Shown here: positions 19,572 through 30,187 of the stretch, piece after piece
Position numbering within the stretch: the stretch's first letter is position 1
How the letters are laid out: every line of letters begins with the position of its first letter
Origin: Thermodesulfobacteriota bacterium
GTDB lineage: Bacteria > Desulfobacterota > RBG-13-43-22
NCBI GenBank assembly: GCA_040755035.1
Contig: JBFMBU010000082.1
Coordinates: 25,464-89,463, forward strand
Direction: 5' to 3'
DNA: 64,000 nt
The notes under the pieces: generated by a model
Seen by the model: the letters and a program-made list of their open reading frames with translations, nothing else
Databases searched by the model: none
Told to the model about the DNA's origin: nothing
Position numbers and translations under genes: made by a program

Positions 19572-20987
19572 TTGGAAGCCATGCCCCAGACCAATCAAAT
19601 CCTGATCGTTGAAGACGACCCTTTGGAGGCCGACCTTTTATCCCAGGAGCTGGCCGATCATGGATACAAAACCCGCTGGGCCAAAGACGGAGCGGAAGCC
19701 TTGGAACAGATCAAGTATTCTCCACCGGATCTGGTTCTCCTGGATATCATGCTGCCCGGTATGGATGGTTTTGAGGTGGTTAAAGAGATTAAGTCCCATC
19801 CCAAAACCCGCACCATCCCGGTCATAATGGTCACTGCCCTGGCCGATCTGGATCAACAGGTGAAAGGTCTGGATTCAGGGGCTGATGATTATATTACCAA
19901 ACCCTTTAAGCCCTTTGAATTACTGGCCCGGGTGCGTTCCATGCTTCGTATCCGGAGGATGTATCTGGATCTGTCTTCCACCAAAGCCAGGTTGAAGGAG
20001 TCCCGGGAAGAAAACGATTTTCTTAGGAAAGAGATCCAGGGGAAATATACCTTTGAAAACCTGATAGGCAGCAGTCCGGCGATTAAAAAGGTTTATTATT
20101 TAATGGAAAAGGCCATTGAAAGCCCGGTGTCGGTATTGATTCTTGGGGAAACCGGAACGGGCAAAGAATTGGTGGCCCGTTCCATTCATTATAACAGCAC
20201 CAGGAAGGACAAACCCTTTGTCGCCCAGAATTGTGCGGCCCTGCCGGAAACCCTGCTGGAGAGCGAACTTTTCGGTCATAAGAAAGGGGCTTTTACCGGG
20301 GCGGTGGTAGATAAAAAGGGCCTTTTCGAAACAGCTCATAAAGGAACCATCTTTTTAGATGAAATCGGCGACACCCCTCCGGCCTTACAAGTGCGATTGT
20401 TAAGAGTGTTGCAGGAGGGAGAAATCCGTCGGGTAGGGGAGGTGCATCCCATTAAGGTTGATGTCCGGGTGATTACCGCCACCCACCAGGACTTAAAAAC
20501 CGAGATTGAGAGCGGCAGATTTCGGGAAGACCTATATTACCGGATTCAGACTTTTCCCATTCCCCTGCCCCCTTTGAGGGAACGAAACGGGGATATCCCT
20601 TTACTGGTGGAGCATTTCCTGAACAAATACTGTCAGCGTATGGAAAAACAATGCGGGATAAGGCCGGACTGCCTGGACCTGCTGGACCGCTATCCCTTTC
20701 CGGGTAATATCCGGGAGCTGGAAAATGAAATCGCCCGGGCTATGACCCTGGTCTCTGACCAGGGTACCATCACCCCTGATTTTTTTTCCGATTCCATTCG
20801 AAACGCCGCCCATCTCCCTCCGAACAGCAAACAGGGTACCGTTCAGGCCGTAACCGACCGCCTGGAACGTTCCTTGGTACAAAAAGCCCTGGAAGAATCC
20901 GGTGGCAACAGGACACGGGCCGCTGAAAAACTGGGGTTGAGCCGCCGGGGCTTGCTGAATAAAATTCGAAGATTTGGCTTAGAGTGA
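19572..20987 (+). CDS. Sigma-54-dependent response regulator (NtrC family)
   Basis: Receiver domain + AAA+ domain (GETGTGKE, GAFTGA motif, ...) + C-terminal Fis-type helix-turn-helix. Confidence 0.9.
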   Translation: MEAMPQTNQILIVEDDPLEADLLSQELADHGYKTRWAKDGAEALEQIKYSPPDLVLLDIMLPGMDGFEVVKEIKSHPKTRTIPVIMVTALADLDQQVKGLDSGADDYITKPFKPFELLARVRSMLRIRRMYLDLSSTKARLKESREENDFLRKEIQGKYTFENLIGSSPAIKKVYYLMEKAIESPVSVLILGETGTGKELVARSIHYNSTRKDKPFVAQNCAALPETLLESELFGHKKGAFTGAVVDKKGLFETAHKGTIFLDEIGDTPPALQVRLLRVLQEGEIRRVGEVHPIKVDVRVITATHQDLKTEIESGRFREDLYYRIQTFPIPLPPLRERNGDIPLLVEHFLNKYCQRMEKQCGIRPDCLDLLDRYPFPGNIRELENEIARAMTLVSDQGTITPDFFSDSIRNAAHLPPNSKQGTVQAVTDRLERSLVQKALEESGGNRTRAAEKLGLSRRGLLNKIRRFGLE

Positions 20988-21598
20988 TGAAATATCCTTA
21001 TGCCGGTGTCATTTTAGCCGGGGGGTTGAATCGACGAATGGATGGCCAGAACAAGGCCTTCCTTTCCGTGGGAGACCAATCCATCATCGGCAGATTAGTA
21101 GAGCTGTTTGAGGGGTTATTCGAACAGGTGATCCTGGTCAGCAACCAGCCTCTGGATTTTGTCGCCTGGGACTGCCTGATTGTTAAGGACCTGCTTCATA
21201 CCAGAGGTTCTCTGACCGGGGTCCATACCGGGTTATTCTACACCCGGTCTTCCCATGCCTTTGTCACCGCTTGTGATATGCCTTTTATAAAACCGGAAAT
21301 AATCCGTCTGCTTCTGGATGACCTGGATCCCAAATGGGACGTGGTCGTCCCGGTGACCAGCGAAGGCTATCAACCCCTTTGCGCCCTCTATTCCAAAAGA
21401 TGTCTAAAGGTCATCGAGGATCAGGTAAGACAAGGAAATATGAAGATTTCCAGGCTGTATTCCAAAGTCAAAATCAGGAAAATCCCCGAAGAACCGTTGC
21501 GGAAAGTGGATCCAGAATTGATCTCCTTTTTCAATATCAACACCCAGGAGGATTTAACCCTGTCTCAGAAGATGGAGGGCTTCATTTCCAATGTCTGA
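20984..21598 (+). CDS. mobA: Molybdenum cofactor guanylyltransferase MobA
   Basis: N-terminal GVILAGGLNRRMDG motif and MobA-family length. The start codon overlaps the regulator gene's stop codon. Confidence 0.8.
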   Translation: MMKYPYAGVILAGGLNRRMDGQNKAFLSVGDQSIIGRLVELFEGLFEQVILVSNQPLDFVAWDCLIVKDLLHTRGSLTGVHTGLFYTRSSHAFVTACDMPFIKPEIIRLLLDDLDPKWDVVVPVTSEGYQPLCALYSKRCLKVIEDQVRQGNMKISRLYSKVKIRKIPEEPLRKVDPELISFFNINTQEDLTLSQKMEGFISNV

Positions 21599-22385
21599 CC
21601 ATGATCACAGGTTTGAAACCAGAAAAGTTTTCCGATTGACCGACCAGGGTTTGACAGAGCAGGAACGGCCCATTGTCCGCGAGGTCCCTTTGACCATCTA
21701 TTTAAATGACCAGGAAATCGTTACCCTGTTGTGTCTCGGAGACTATCAGGAGAGTCTGGCTATCGGTTTTTTAAAGTCCGAAGGGCTGATCAGTCAGGTC
21801 GATGATCTGAAATCCGTTTTTGTAGATACGGAAAATAATCTGGTCCGGGTGGAGGTAAGCGAAGACACCAGCCTGACGGAAAAGCTTTTTTCCCGCCGGA
21901 CCGTAACCTCCGGCTGCGGCAAGGGGACAACCTTCTATAATGCCCTGGATACACTGATAATGAGCCGGGTCGATTCCCGGCTGGTCATCACTGTCAATCA
22001 GGTCTTTCATTTAATGCGCCGCTTGGTGGAAGACTCAGAGCTTTACAAGATCACTGGCGGGACTCACAACTCGGCCCTGGCCACTGTGGATGACCTGGTC
22101 CTCTTTCGAACGGATATCGGCCGGCACAATGCTGTGGATAAAATTTACGGGGAATGCTTTCTAAAGAAAAAAGCTTTATTGGACAAGGTTCTGATCACCA
22201 CCGGCCGGATCACCTCTGAAATCCTGATCAAGACCGGCCGCATGGGGATTCCGGTTTTAATTTCCCGCTCAGCCGCCACCTCTCTGGCCATTTCCCTGGC
22301 CGAACAGATTGGGGTCACCCTCATCGGCTATGTCCGGGGGAGGAATCTGGTGGTCTATACGGGGAGGGAGCGGGTAGTCGGCTAA
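21591..22385 (+). CDS. fdhD: Formate dehydrogenase accessory sulfurtransferase FdhD
   Basis: 264 aa with an FdhD-family core (TSGCGKGTT). Overlaps mobA by 8 bp. Confidence 0.8.
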   Translation: MSDHDHRFETRKVFRLTDQGLTEQERPIVREVPLTIYLNDQEIVTLLCLGDYQESLAIGFLKSEGLISQVDDLKSVFVDTENNLVRVEVSEDTSLTEKLFSRRTVTSGCGKGTTFYNALDTLIMSRVDSRLVITVNQVFHLMRRLVEDSELYKITGGTHNSALATVDDLVLFRTDIGRHNAVDKIYGECFLKKKALLDKVLITTGRITSEILIKTGRMGIPVLISRSAATSLAISLAEQIGVTLIGYVRGRNLVVYTGRERVVG

Positions 22386-22500
22386 GCAGGATAAAATCAC
22401 GTTAGAAGTTAAGGGTTCAGAGTGATATTTCAAAGGAGCTACCGATAATACCACTACCTTTGATTTCCTTTCTTCGCCTGATATTAAGGGAAAACCTTCC

Positions 22501-24090
22501 TCATTCTCCCAGAAGCAGCCAGACAGAGGGGAGGATGTTGAGTTGTGCTTCGAAGGCCCCAATATCCCAGCCACCCCCTTGAGGACGAGAGCGGCCGGTA
22601 TTGTCCCGGCGCAGGTCGATACCATAACGTGACTGAAAGTAGGAGAAAGCCGTTTCCTCTACCGGACTGGCCTTTCCAACCGCCAGGCTGGAGGCCTTTA
22701 TCTGAAAATTTGAACCTGGTGTCCGAAAGGTTTTATCCGCTGCCTCAATTTGCCGGTGAGGTTCGTTGCCGGGATCATAGGAGGACAGGCTGAACAGATT
22801 ATAATCATGGGTAAATGACGGATCGACCTTCAGGGCCGGGCAATCATTGTGGGTTGAATTTTTGGAAGAAAAAATATTGTTGGAAACCCTCAAAGGTCCG
22901 CCGGCGCCATAGGGTATCCCTACAAACAGATCCGCATTATAAACCGTATTGAATAGGGCGCTAAAACCCCCCGAATTTCGGTATCCCAAGGCCCCGGCAT
23001 TATAATTGCTGCAGGCGCCGTCAGGGTATTCCACGTTATAGATTACGTTCCCGATAGCATACCAGGGGCCTCCTCCTCCCGCCGCAGCGCCGACAATATG
23101 GATTCCTACATTGCAGTCTTTTATGGTATTGGAGATAAACCAAATTTGTTTGGCATCATACTGACCCCCCAGCCCCATTCCCCGGCTATAGGTTGACGCG
23201 GTCTTCATATGATAAACCAGGTTTTGGGAAAAAATTACATCCGAGGCGTTTTTGGTCCAAAAACCGCACTGGTAATTTTCGTAGGCTGTGTTTCTTCCCA
23301 AATAAATTCTATTAATCTGCTCCGGCGTATTGTTGTAGTCCCCTACCTGGACGCCGTCGCCGTGGCAATGATAAAAGGAAGAATCGACAATCCAGACATC
23401 GGCCGCCGGGGCAAAGACCTTGATTCCATGACGATCAATATCATTGGCACCCGTATATTGCCAGTTTCCCATTTGGGAAACGGTATTGTTGTAGTAAACA
23501 ATAAAGGAGCCATTGATGCCGAACCCGGCCCCGTTGGCCGTGTCAAAGGGGTTGGCGTAGAGGCAATTACGGAGGAACAGGTGGTTTCCCGAAAGGAGGA
23601 CTCCATCCCGTGAATTGTAATTCCAGCTTAGATTGTCCAGGATGATATAAGCACCGGTGATGGTCCAATAATTGGTCAGAACCGGTTTGTTGTCCGGGTC
23701 ATATCCCATGATCCAAATCGGGTTTTCGGAAGTAGCGCTCCAGGCAACATTTTTTGACCCGGATATAATCCCGTTAAGCACGATTATTGAACCGGCCGCC
23801 GGGGAGGAGGGCAGGGAACAACGGGGTGCGCTCGGGTAACCATGGGTTCTGGCATCCGAACATCCCGAAGGATCCACGAAATAAAGACCGGACTGTTCGG
23901 AGGTCCAGGGATTGGGCAAAGGAGGGCGGGAGAGGTTTAATTCCGAAGGCCAGCCGGGCTTCGGGATGCCAAGGGGAGGCTGCCAGGGATCAGCACAGGC
24001 CTTTTCCAAGGATAGCAAGCCTTCCATAACGAGTAATAGACCGATCATTCCAAGGCTGAAAAATAAACGCAGGGTCCTGCCCAAGGTCAT
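22501..24090 (-). CDS. Secreted right-handed parallel beta-helix protein with C-terminal GAFE-type (choice-of-anchor-Q-like) motif
   Basis: Signal peptide. Repetitive, Gly/Asn-rich beta-helix turns. C-terminal GGWDIGAFE motif. Confidence 0.6.
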   Translation of the reverse strand: MTLGRTLRLFFSLGMIGLLLVMEGLLSLEKACADPWQPPLGIPKPGWPSELNLSRPPLPNPWTSEQSGLYFVDPSGCSDARTHGYPSAPRCSLPSSPAAGSIIVLNGIISGSKNVAWSATSENPIWIMGYDPDNKPVLTNYWTITGAYIILDNLSWNYNSRDGVLLSGNHLFLRNCLYANPFDTANGAGFGINGSFIVYYNNTVSQMGNWQYTGANDIDRHGIKVFAPAADVWIVDSSFYHCHGDGVQVGDYNNTPEQINRIYLGRNTAYENYQCGFWTKNASDVIFSQNLVYHMKTASTYSRGMGLGGQYDAKQIWFISNTIKDCNVGIHIVGAAAGGGGPWYAIGNVIYNVEYPDGACSNYNAGALGYRNSGGFSALFNTVYNADLFVGIPYGAGGPLRVSNNIFSSKNSTHNDCPALKVDPSFTHDYNLFSLSSYDPGNEPHRQIEAADKTFRTPGSNFQIKASSLAVGKASPVEETAFSYFQSRYGIDLRRDNTGRSRPQGGGWDIGAFEAQLNILPSVWLLLGE

Positions 24091-24441
24091 GGCCGAATTC
24101 CTCCTGGTTCGGATATTTTTCTTCTTGCGAAAGGCCGCTTCAAATCGTCCCCCGCTATACAGCGAATGGTTGAATAATATCCATGAAAAAGGGAAAAGCA
24201 GAAGAAAAGATTGATAAGGCTTTTAGAGACAAGTAGAGTATATAAAAGGTGATGGATCCGGTCAAGGTGAAAAATAGGATAAACAGAAAATTCCTCGGCC
24301 AAATAGCGCGCCTTTAAACGATATGGTCTTTTTTATGATGATGTGCTATTTTTCTGAGCAAGAAGGGAAACAACGGCAGCACTCGCTCTTAAAGGACCGC
24401 CTCTTTCAGGAATCCCTAACTACCCTAAGAATGGTTTATTA

Positions 24442-25587
24442 ATGACCCTGTATCTGGATAATGCCGCCTCGTCACATCCGAAACCGGAAACCGTTTATCA
24501 AGCGGTGAATGAAGCCCTCCGGAACATCGGGGCCAATCCGGGACGGTCCGGTCATCGCCTGGCCGTTAAGGCCGATCAGGTCATCGCCCGGACCCGCAAG
24601 ACCTTGGCCCGCCTCTTCGATATCGAGGACTCGAGGCGGATTGTCTTTACGGCCAATGCCACCGAGGCCATTAATCTGGGTTTGAAAGGCCTGCTCAAAA
24701 CCGGGGACCATGTCATTACTTCCTCTATGGAACACAATTCGGTGGTCCGACCTCTTAGGTTTCTGGAGACTCAGGGGGTTGAGGTTACGTTTGTTCTCTG
24801 TTCTTCTCTGGGATTGATTGAAGTCGAAGAAATTGAAAAGGCCGTTAGAAAAAACACCCGATTGATTGTTCTAACTCACGCTTCCAATGTAACCGGAGGG
24901 CTCATGCCCATTGAAGAAGTGGCTGCCTTATCCCGGAGACAGGGGCTCCTGTTCATGGTGGATGCGGCCCAGACCGCCGGCCTGGTCCCCCTTTCCGTAA
25001 ACAGGATGGGGATAGACCTTCTTGCCGCTCCGGGCCATAAGGGATTACTGGGTCCTCAAGGCACGGGGTTCCTTTATATCGGACCCAATATTTTCCTTCG
25101 TCCCCTGAAGGAAGGCGGGACCGGAAGTCAATCGGAACTGGAGACCCAGCCGGATTTTCTGCCCGACCGGATGGAATCAGGAACCCTGAATACCCCGGGC
25201 CTGGCCGGACTGGGAGCCGGGGTGGAATTTATCCTTAGCCAGGGCGTCGAAAAAATCCGGGAAAAGGAAATCACCCTGAGCAGAATGGTTTGGGAGGAAC
25301 TGAACAAGAACCCTAAAGTTCAACTCTACGGTCCGGAAAGGGCTGAAGAGAGGACCTCTCCCCTTTCCTTCAATATCCGGGGACTGAACCCAAGCGCAGC
25401 GGCTTCCATCCTGGACACGGCCTATGACATCGCCGTCCGGGCCGGTCTGCACTGCGCCGCTCTGGCCCACCGCACCCTGGGGACACTCCCGGAAGGCACC
25501 ATCCGCGTCAGCCCGGGTTTTTTTAATTCGGAAGAGGATATTGAATTTTTCCTTGAGGCACTTACAGCGATCTGTAAAAAAGTGTAA
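24442..25587 (+). CDS. Class V aminotransferase / cysteine desulfurase family (NifS-like)
   Basis: Class V aminotransferase fold with a PLP-lysine region (GHKGLLGPQGTGFLY). 381 aa. Confidence 0.75.
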   Translation: MTLYLDNAASSHPKPETVYQAVNEALRNIGANPGRSGHRLAVKADQVIARTRKTLARLFDIEDSRRIVFTANATEAINLGLKGLLKTGDHVITSSMEHNSVVRPLRFLETQGVEVTFVLCSSLGLIEVEEIEKAVRKNTRLIVLTHASNVTGGLMPIEEVAALSRRQGLLFMVDAAQTAGLVPLSVNRMGIDLLAAPGHKGLLGPQGTGFLYIGPNIFLRPLKEGGTGSQSELETQPDFLPDRMESGTLNTPGLAGLGAGVEFILSQGVEKIREKEITLSRMVWEELNKNPKVQLYGPERAEERTSPLSFNIRGLNPSAAASILDTAYDIAVRAGLHCAALAHRTLGTLPEGTIRVSPGFFNSEEDIEFFLEALTAICKKV

Positions 25588-25738
25588 TTCCTTTGACCGG
25601 AATGCTTATCTGCCGCTTGACGGTTGCGAACATCTCACGAAAAAAAGCGTCAGCAGTAGATCTTTTCCCAGCGCCTCCCGTAGGGCGATGGTAAGCTCCA
25701 ATAAAAATCTGCTTCTGTTTTCCAGGCTTCCTCCATAC

Positions 25739-26977
25739 TTATCGGTTCTTTGGTTGGCTAAAGGCGAAACCCAGGGTGCCGACAAGGCCGAATATAAAGG
25801 CCGTGATCAGATTGACCTGAGGGCTGATTTGCCACAGGAAAGCCCCGCCCAGGGCGGCCAGGGAAACCACCATATCCCGGATCAGGTAATAAAGACCGAA
25901 CATGCCGGCCTTGCAGTGATCCGGACACAAGTCCATGATCAGGGACTTGCGGGTGGGCTCTCCGAATTCCTTCAGCCCGCGAAGGATGAAGGCGACCACC
26001 AGCCACTCGAAGGAACGGCTGAAGAGCAGCATCAGGGGAAAGAAGGTGAAGAAGACAAAGGTGATCAGGACAAAGGGTTTCTTCTCCGTCCGGTCAGCCA
26101 GATAAGCCACCGGGATATAGATCAATACCGCTGTGGCCATTTCGATGGAGGTCAGAAGACCGAACTGAACGGCCGACACCGGTTCGTTGATGGTTTTCAT
26201 GGCCCAGATTACCACAAAGGCATAGGGGATCTGCTCGCAAAAACGGATCAGGATATCGGTGATGAGAAGGTTTCTCATGGCCGGGGTCATCAGGCGATAG
26301 AGTTTGACCGGGTTCTTTTCCGGTTTTAATTCGCAGGTCTCTTCGGAAGAGGCCTTATCCGGATGGTCGCTTTCAATCATTCGCTGTTGCAGCCATAAAG
26401 CGACCAGAGACATGACGAGGGCGGCCACAAAGGCAAGCCTCACCCCGTTTTTTTCACCCCAGACCCCGATAAAAAGGCCTCCTGCTAAGGGACCCAGGGC
26501 CATAGGGATGCGGCGTACCAGGGAATGCATGGTCACCCCCATGGTCCGTTTGTTTTGGGGGAGCACTTTATAGATCAGGTTCATAGTGGCCGGCAGGGAA
26601 ATGGCCGACCAGGAGATAAACAGCACAGCCCCGGCCAAAACCGCCTTCCAGGAGGGAATGGCGATGACCAGGCCAAACCCGATCATGGCCACCAGATTGA
26701 AAACGAACAGGGACCTTTTGGTTCCGATGCGGTCGGCCAGATAACCGCCCGGAAAACTGTAAAGGGCAGAGAGCAGGTTGTCCATGGCCTGCAGCAGGCC
26801 CACGGTCAGGACGCCGCCGCCTAAGGCCAGCAGGTAAATAGGCAGGAAGCGCTCGGCCATCCGCTCCCCCATGCCGACCAGTATGACCATAGCCAAAAGA
26901 CCGATCGTACTCTGCTGCAGGGCCAGAAAGGCGGCAACTCCGCCAAGGCGTTTATTTATAGTGGATGTAGGTTTCAT
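25739..26977 (-). CDS. MFS transporter
   Basis: 12 transmembrane helices and MFS motifs. The start is probably MKPTSTINK (26977) rather than the ORF start at 27058. Confidence 0.75.
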   Translation of the reverse strand: MKPTSTINKRLGGVAAFLALQQSTIGLLAMVILVGMGERMAERFLPIYLLALGGGVLTVGLLQAMDNLLSALYSFPGGYLADRIGTKRSLFVFNLVAMIGFGLVIAIPSWKAVLAGAVLFISWSAISLPATMNLIYKVLPQNKRTMGVTMHSLVRRIPMALGPLAGGLFIGVWGEKNGVRLAFVAALVMSLVALWLQQRMIESDHPDKASSEETCELKPEKNPVKLYRLMTPAMRNLLITDILIRFCEQIPYAFVVIWAMKTINEPVSAVQFGLLTSIEMATAVLIYIPVAYLADRTEKKPFVLITFVFFTFFPLMLLFSRSFEWLVVAFILRGLKEFGEPTRKSLIMDLCPDHCKAGMFGLYYLIRDMVVSLAALGGAFLWQISPQVNLITAFIFGLVGTLGFAFSQPKNR

Positions 26978-27185
26978 TAAATTTATTTTTGGGAACGGGT
27001 TATCCATTTCATAGAATTTCTCCTTATCATCGGGTTTGCAAGCCATGAAGCATCTCAAAGATTTTAATGCCTTTTCCCAAGATTACTCCAGTGATCATAA
27101 TAGTAATGCCTGTTCACCCTTTTGCCAAGGGCTTTTTCTCTGATCGGATATTGACAACGAGACTATTTTTTGATTGAATGGCAAC

Positions 27186-27812
27186 ATGAGTGACGTAATC
27201 CAACCCATACTACTCATCATCCTGTCCTATCTATTCGGATCCATTTCCACCGGGGTGGTGCTTTCCAAGATTTTCGGCAAAGGGGACTTGCAGGAATCGG
27301 GAAGCAAAAATATCGGGGCCACCAATGTCTCCCGTTTAATGGGTCTTAAGTGGGGGATCCTGACCCTGGCCGGTGATACGCTAAAGGGGATCTTGGTTAT
27401 TTGGATCGGTTGGCGGTTTTTCGGAGCAGGATCGGATTCAGCCTTTCTAATCATCGCTCTCATGGGCCTGGCCGTATTTTTAGGTCATCTCTTCCCAATT
27501 TTTCTTCGATTTAAAGGCGGGAAGGGGGTTGCCACAGCCCTGGGGATTTTTCTTCTCCTGGGACCTAAGGCCATTCTGATCGCTTTACCCATTTTTATCG
27601 TCGTAGTTATTTTAGGAAAATATGTTTCCCTGGGGTCCCTAATTGCCGCCGCTTCCTTCCCCTTGGTCATGCTCTTTTTCCATTATCATTTTTATTACGT
27701 CCTTCTGGCGGCTGTGGTGGCCCTCGCCGTCATCCTCAAACATAAAACCAATATCTTCAGATTGCTCCGTGGGGAAGAAAAGCCCTGGCGCAGCAAGGAA
27801 AAAGCCGTTTAA
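27186..27812 (+). CDS. plsY: Glycerol-3-phosphate acyltransferase PlsY
   Basis: PlsY signature (GSKNIGATNVSR) and about 5 transmembrane helices. Confidence 0.85.
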   Translation: MSDVIQPILLIILSYLFGSISTGVVLSKIFGKGDLQESGSKNIGATNVSRLMGLKWGILTLAGDTLKGILVIWIGWRFFGAGSDSAFLIIALMGLAVFLGHLFPIFLRFKGGKGVATALGIFLLLGPKAILIALPIFIVVVILGKYVSLGSLIAAASFPLVMLFFHYHFYYVLLAAVVALAVILKHKTNIFRLLRGEEKPWRSKEKAV

Positions 27813-28063
27813 ATTTGATCGCAAACCTACTCTTTGGGTAATCGCGCATAAAATCCCGCAGTTCTCGATTACTGGTAGGTACATAGCCCGTTGCTCTGCC
27901 GGACCCTGTGCAAATGAGCAAACCCATCGATCTTTTCCCCTTAGTTACCACTTTTGTTAGTTTGGTTTATTAATAATTTCTAACAAAGACCAATTTACAT
28001 TAATTCCAAATAATTAAAATCAAGTCCTGGGCTTTTTCATTTGTTAGAAAACGATTTTTATTG

Positions 28064-28468
28064 TTAATAATCATTCTTCTTTTCTATAGAAACCCATCTC
28101 GGTGCTGATCGTGTCCCCAAGTTATGGATAACTCTTTTGTCTCTCAACTCCATAATTAAGTTGTGGATCAGGGCGTATTTTTGCTCTCCGGTTAAAATTT
28201 CGGGTAATTTGTCAAATATAAGATGATTAATCTCTTTTCTCGAAACAGGCCCATGTTCTCGGATCAATTCCAAAATCAAATCCTTATAATACTTCCGATC
28301 AAGACCTCTGGTTCTGATGTGTTGGGCCTGCTTGCCTATAACCTTTGCAATTTTTGCGCTGATATATATATTTGGATATCTTCCTTCAACCAGACTGAGT
28401 TTTTTCAACCGTTGATGAGCCTCTCGCTCGATTCGGATTCCTTTTTGGACCTTGTCCAACGGGATCAC
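28064..28468 (-). pseudogene. C-terminal wHTH fragment of a degraded COG2865-like (AlbA_2/HATPase_c_4/HTH) regulator
   Basis: 134-aa winged-helix-like tail. Lies 118 bp and one frame away from the 28586..29050 fragment. The N-terminal AlbA_2 (Schlafen-like) domain of the family is absent. Confidence 0.4.
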
Positions 28469-28585
28469 CGCCCAGAGATCAAGGTCCGTTCCAAGACATT
28501 TCTTGCTATCGTTCTGAAAAGTTATATGGTTTTGGACCTATTTATCCTCGGAATTAAATTGGACCATTCGCGCATTAATTGCGCA

Positions 28586-29050
28586 CTAATTGGGCATTCC
28601 ACCTTTCTGTCTTTGTAAATACCTGACCGATCTTCCCTTCCCCTCCTTGATAAAAAGCCCCTTTTCAACCAATTCTATAAGATCTTTTAGGGATTGACGG
28701 CGGCTTATTTCACATAGCTTTTGATAATCACGGTTCGTGATATACCCGTGTTGCCTGGTATATTCAAGTCCCTTCTTCTGCCGTTCATTAAATTTTTGTT
28801 CTGTTGGCAGTGAAATTATTTTTTCGGGCTTTATAAAACGGGCCATAAAGAAACCAGATTCTGAGAAAAATTCCAGCTTAATACCAGTCCCAGCGCAGGC
28901 ATCTGCCATACGTAAGGTTCCGGTTCCCCAATGCTCGATCAATCGTGCCCGATAAAAGGCCAAGGCGATCTTTGGATTGCGAGGGAGCGAAGGGTGTTCT
29001 CGATAAAGGCTCTCAACGGAGAGGGTAGGCGGTAAGGTGCCGGGTTTCAA
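28586..29050 (-). pseudogene. HATPase_c_4 (RecG-C-terminal-like) + wHTH fragment of a COG2865-like regulator
   Basis: LIEHWGTGTLRM signature of the HATPase_c_4 family followed by a wHTH. The ORF is N-terminally truncated relative to full-length family members. Confidence 0.5.
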
Positions 29051-29106
29051 ACTTCAAGTCCACATTCGATCAGATAGGTTAATAAACTTCTTTAAGAAAA
29101 GTGAAG

Positions 29107-29691
29107 TTACCATTTTTTAGCGATTGAAACTGGAAGCCCTACTCGCATAAAAAATCGAGCAAAAGCTTGGGATAAATGCTCTCTGTAGGGTGGGAGTAAT
29201 CGAAATCTAGGGACATTTCGTTGTTGAAGCAACGATTCTAAAAATTGACGTGGAAGGTTAAAGACCTCTCGAAAGTCAACAATTCGAGTTTCGATATTCT
29301 GTTTCCCCAATTTGCATTCATTTATCATTGAAAAATTCCATATAAAGCCATCACAAATGCCATCGCATTGGGCTTTCCATGCTTTATCTGTTGGATTCTG
29401 AGTCCGGTTCTTCATTTCTGCTTCCCAGTCCTTCTTATATTCCGAGAGTGAAATGTGGGAGCAAAGAATTACATTGGGGACTTTATTCTGTTCAAGATCA
29501 CAGGCTTGTGTCATAACAACAACATCTGCAATGATCGATATAATAGCGTTTGATAGTACCTCTGCTTCTAAGCTGCCTTTCAAAGCCAAATTACCGGCCT
29601 CCCAAGTAACAATTGGGCAATTTGCAATAATATCCCCCTGAGTTAGAGGCCTATCAGCATCTACTATTTCGTACCACTGATTATTCATCAA
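29107..29691 (-). CDS. Hypothetical protein (island operon gene 3)
   Basis: 194 aa with no recognisable family. Its start overlaps the stop of the upstream gene by 11 bp. AT-rich codon usage. Confidence 0.5.
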   Translation of the reverse strand: MMNNQWYEIVDADRPLTQGDIIANCPIVTWEAGNLALKGSLEAEVLSNAIISIIADVVVMTQACDLEQNKVPNVILCSHISLSEYKKDWEAEMKNRTQNPTDKAWKAQCDGICDGFIWNFSMINECKLGKQNIETRIVDFREVFNLPRQFLESLLQQRNVPRFRLLPPYREHLSQAFARFFMRVGLPVSIAKKW

Positions 29692-30187
29692 TATCCTTCA
29701 TTATTCGGCTGCTGATTTCAATAAAAGGCTTCCAGCGAGGTAAATCATAAGTTTTTAGTGTTATTTTTTTCGAAAATAGCACGGTTCTTTTATGTGGAGG
29801 GGTGATGACCCTAAGCTGAGCCTCTGGTTCTGATTCCTCTGTTTGACAGGTTTGTGAGGAAGGCAAACAAGAAGTTATTGTAACTTGAGATTGTTCAAGC
29901 TGTTCTTCTGTGGCTTCGTATATCATATGAGGTCTCATTATTATTTCAGAAGGATTAAAACTACTCTCCTTCCCCCAATAATATTTTTCCCGTTTATGGG
30001 TTAATGAAAAAGTGGGGGCCAATGCCTTATCTCGATCTGAAAAAATAACGACAGGTGTGTTCTGTTTATTAGATTCTTCCCTTGAATTCGTTTTTAACAG
30101 AATAGGAAGGATAGCAAATGAGGTGGTAGTGGAATTAAAGTTATATTCTATCTCAGAATAAGAATACATATCTATAATTTCCTCCAT
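29681..30187 (-). CDS. Hypothetical protein (island operon gene 2)
   Basis: 168 aa with no recognisable family. Overlaps both neighbouring genes. Confidence 0.5.
   Translation of the reverse strand: MEEIIDMYSYSEIEYNFNSTTTSFAILPILLKTNSREESNKQNTPVVIFSDRDKALAPTFSLTHKREKYYWGKESSFNPSEIIMRPHMIYEATEEQLEQSQVTITSCLPSSQTCQTEESEPEAQLRVITPPHKRTVLFSKKITLKTYDLPRWKPFIEISSRIMKDIDE

Noticed and set aside
27813-28063. Possible tRNA or att site at the island boundary
   Set aside because: Searched by eye for a T-arm (GTTCGAATC-like) and an acceptor stem and found none. The only shared boundary sequence is a 10-mer (ttaataatca at 28053 and 37906), easily due to chance in AT-rich DNA.
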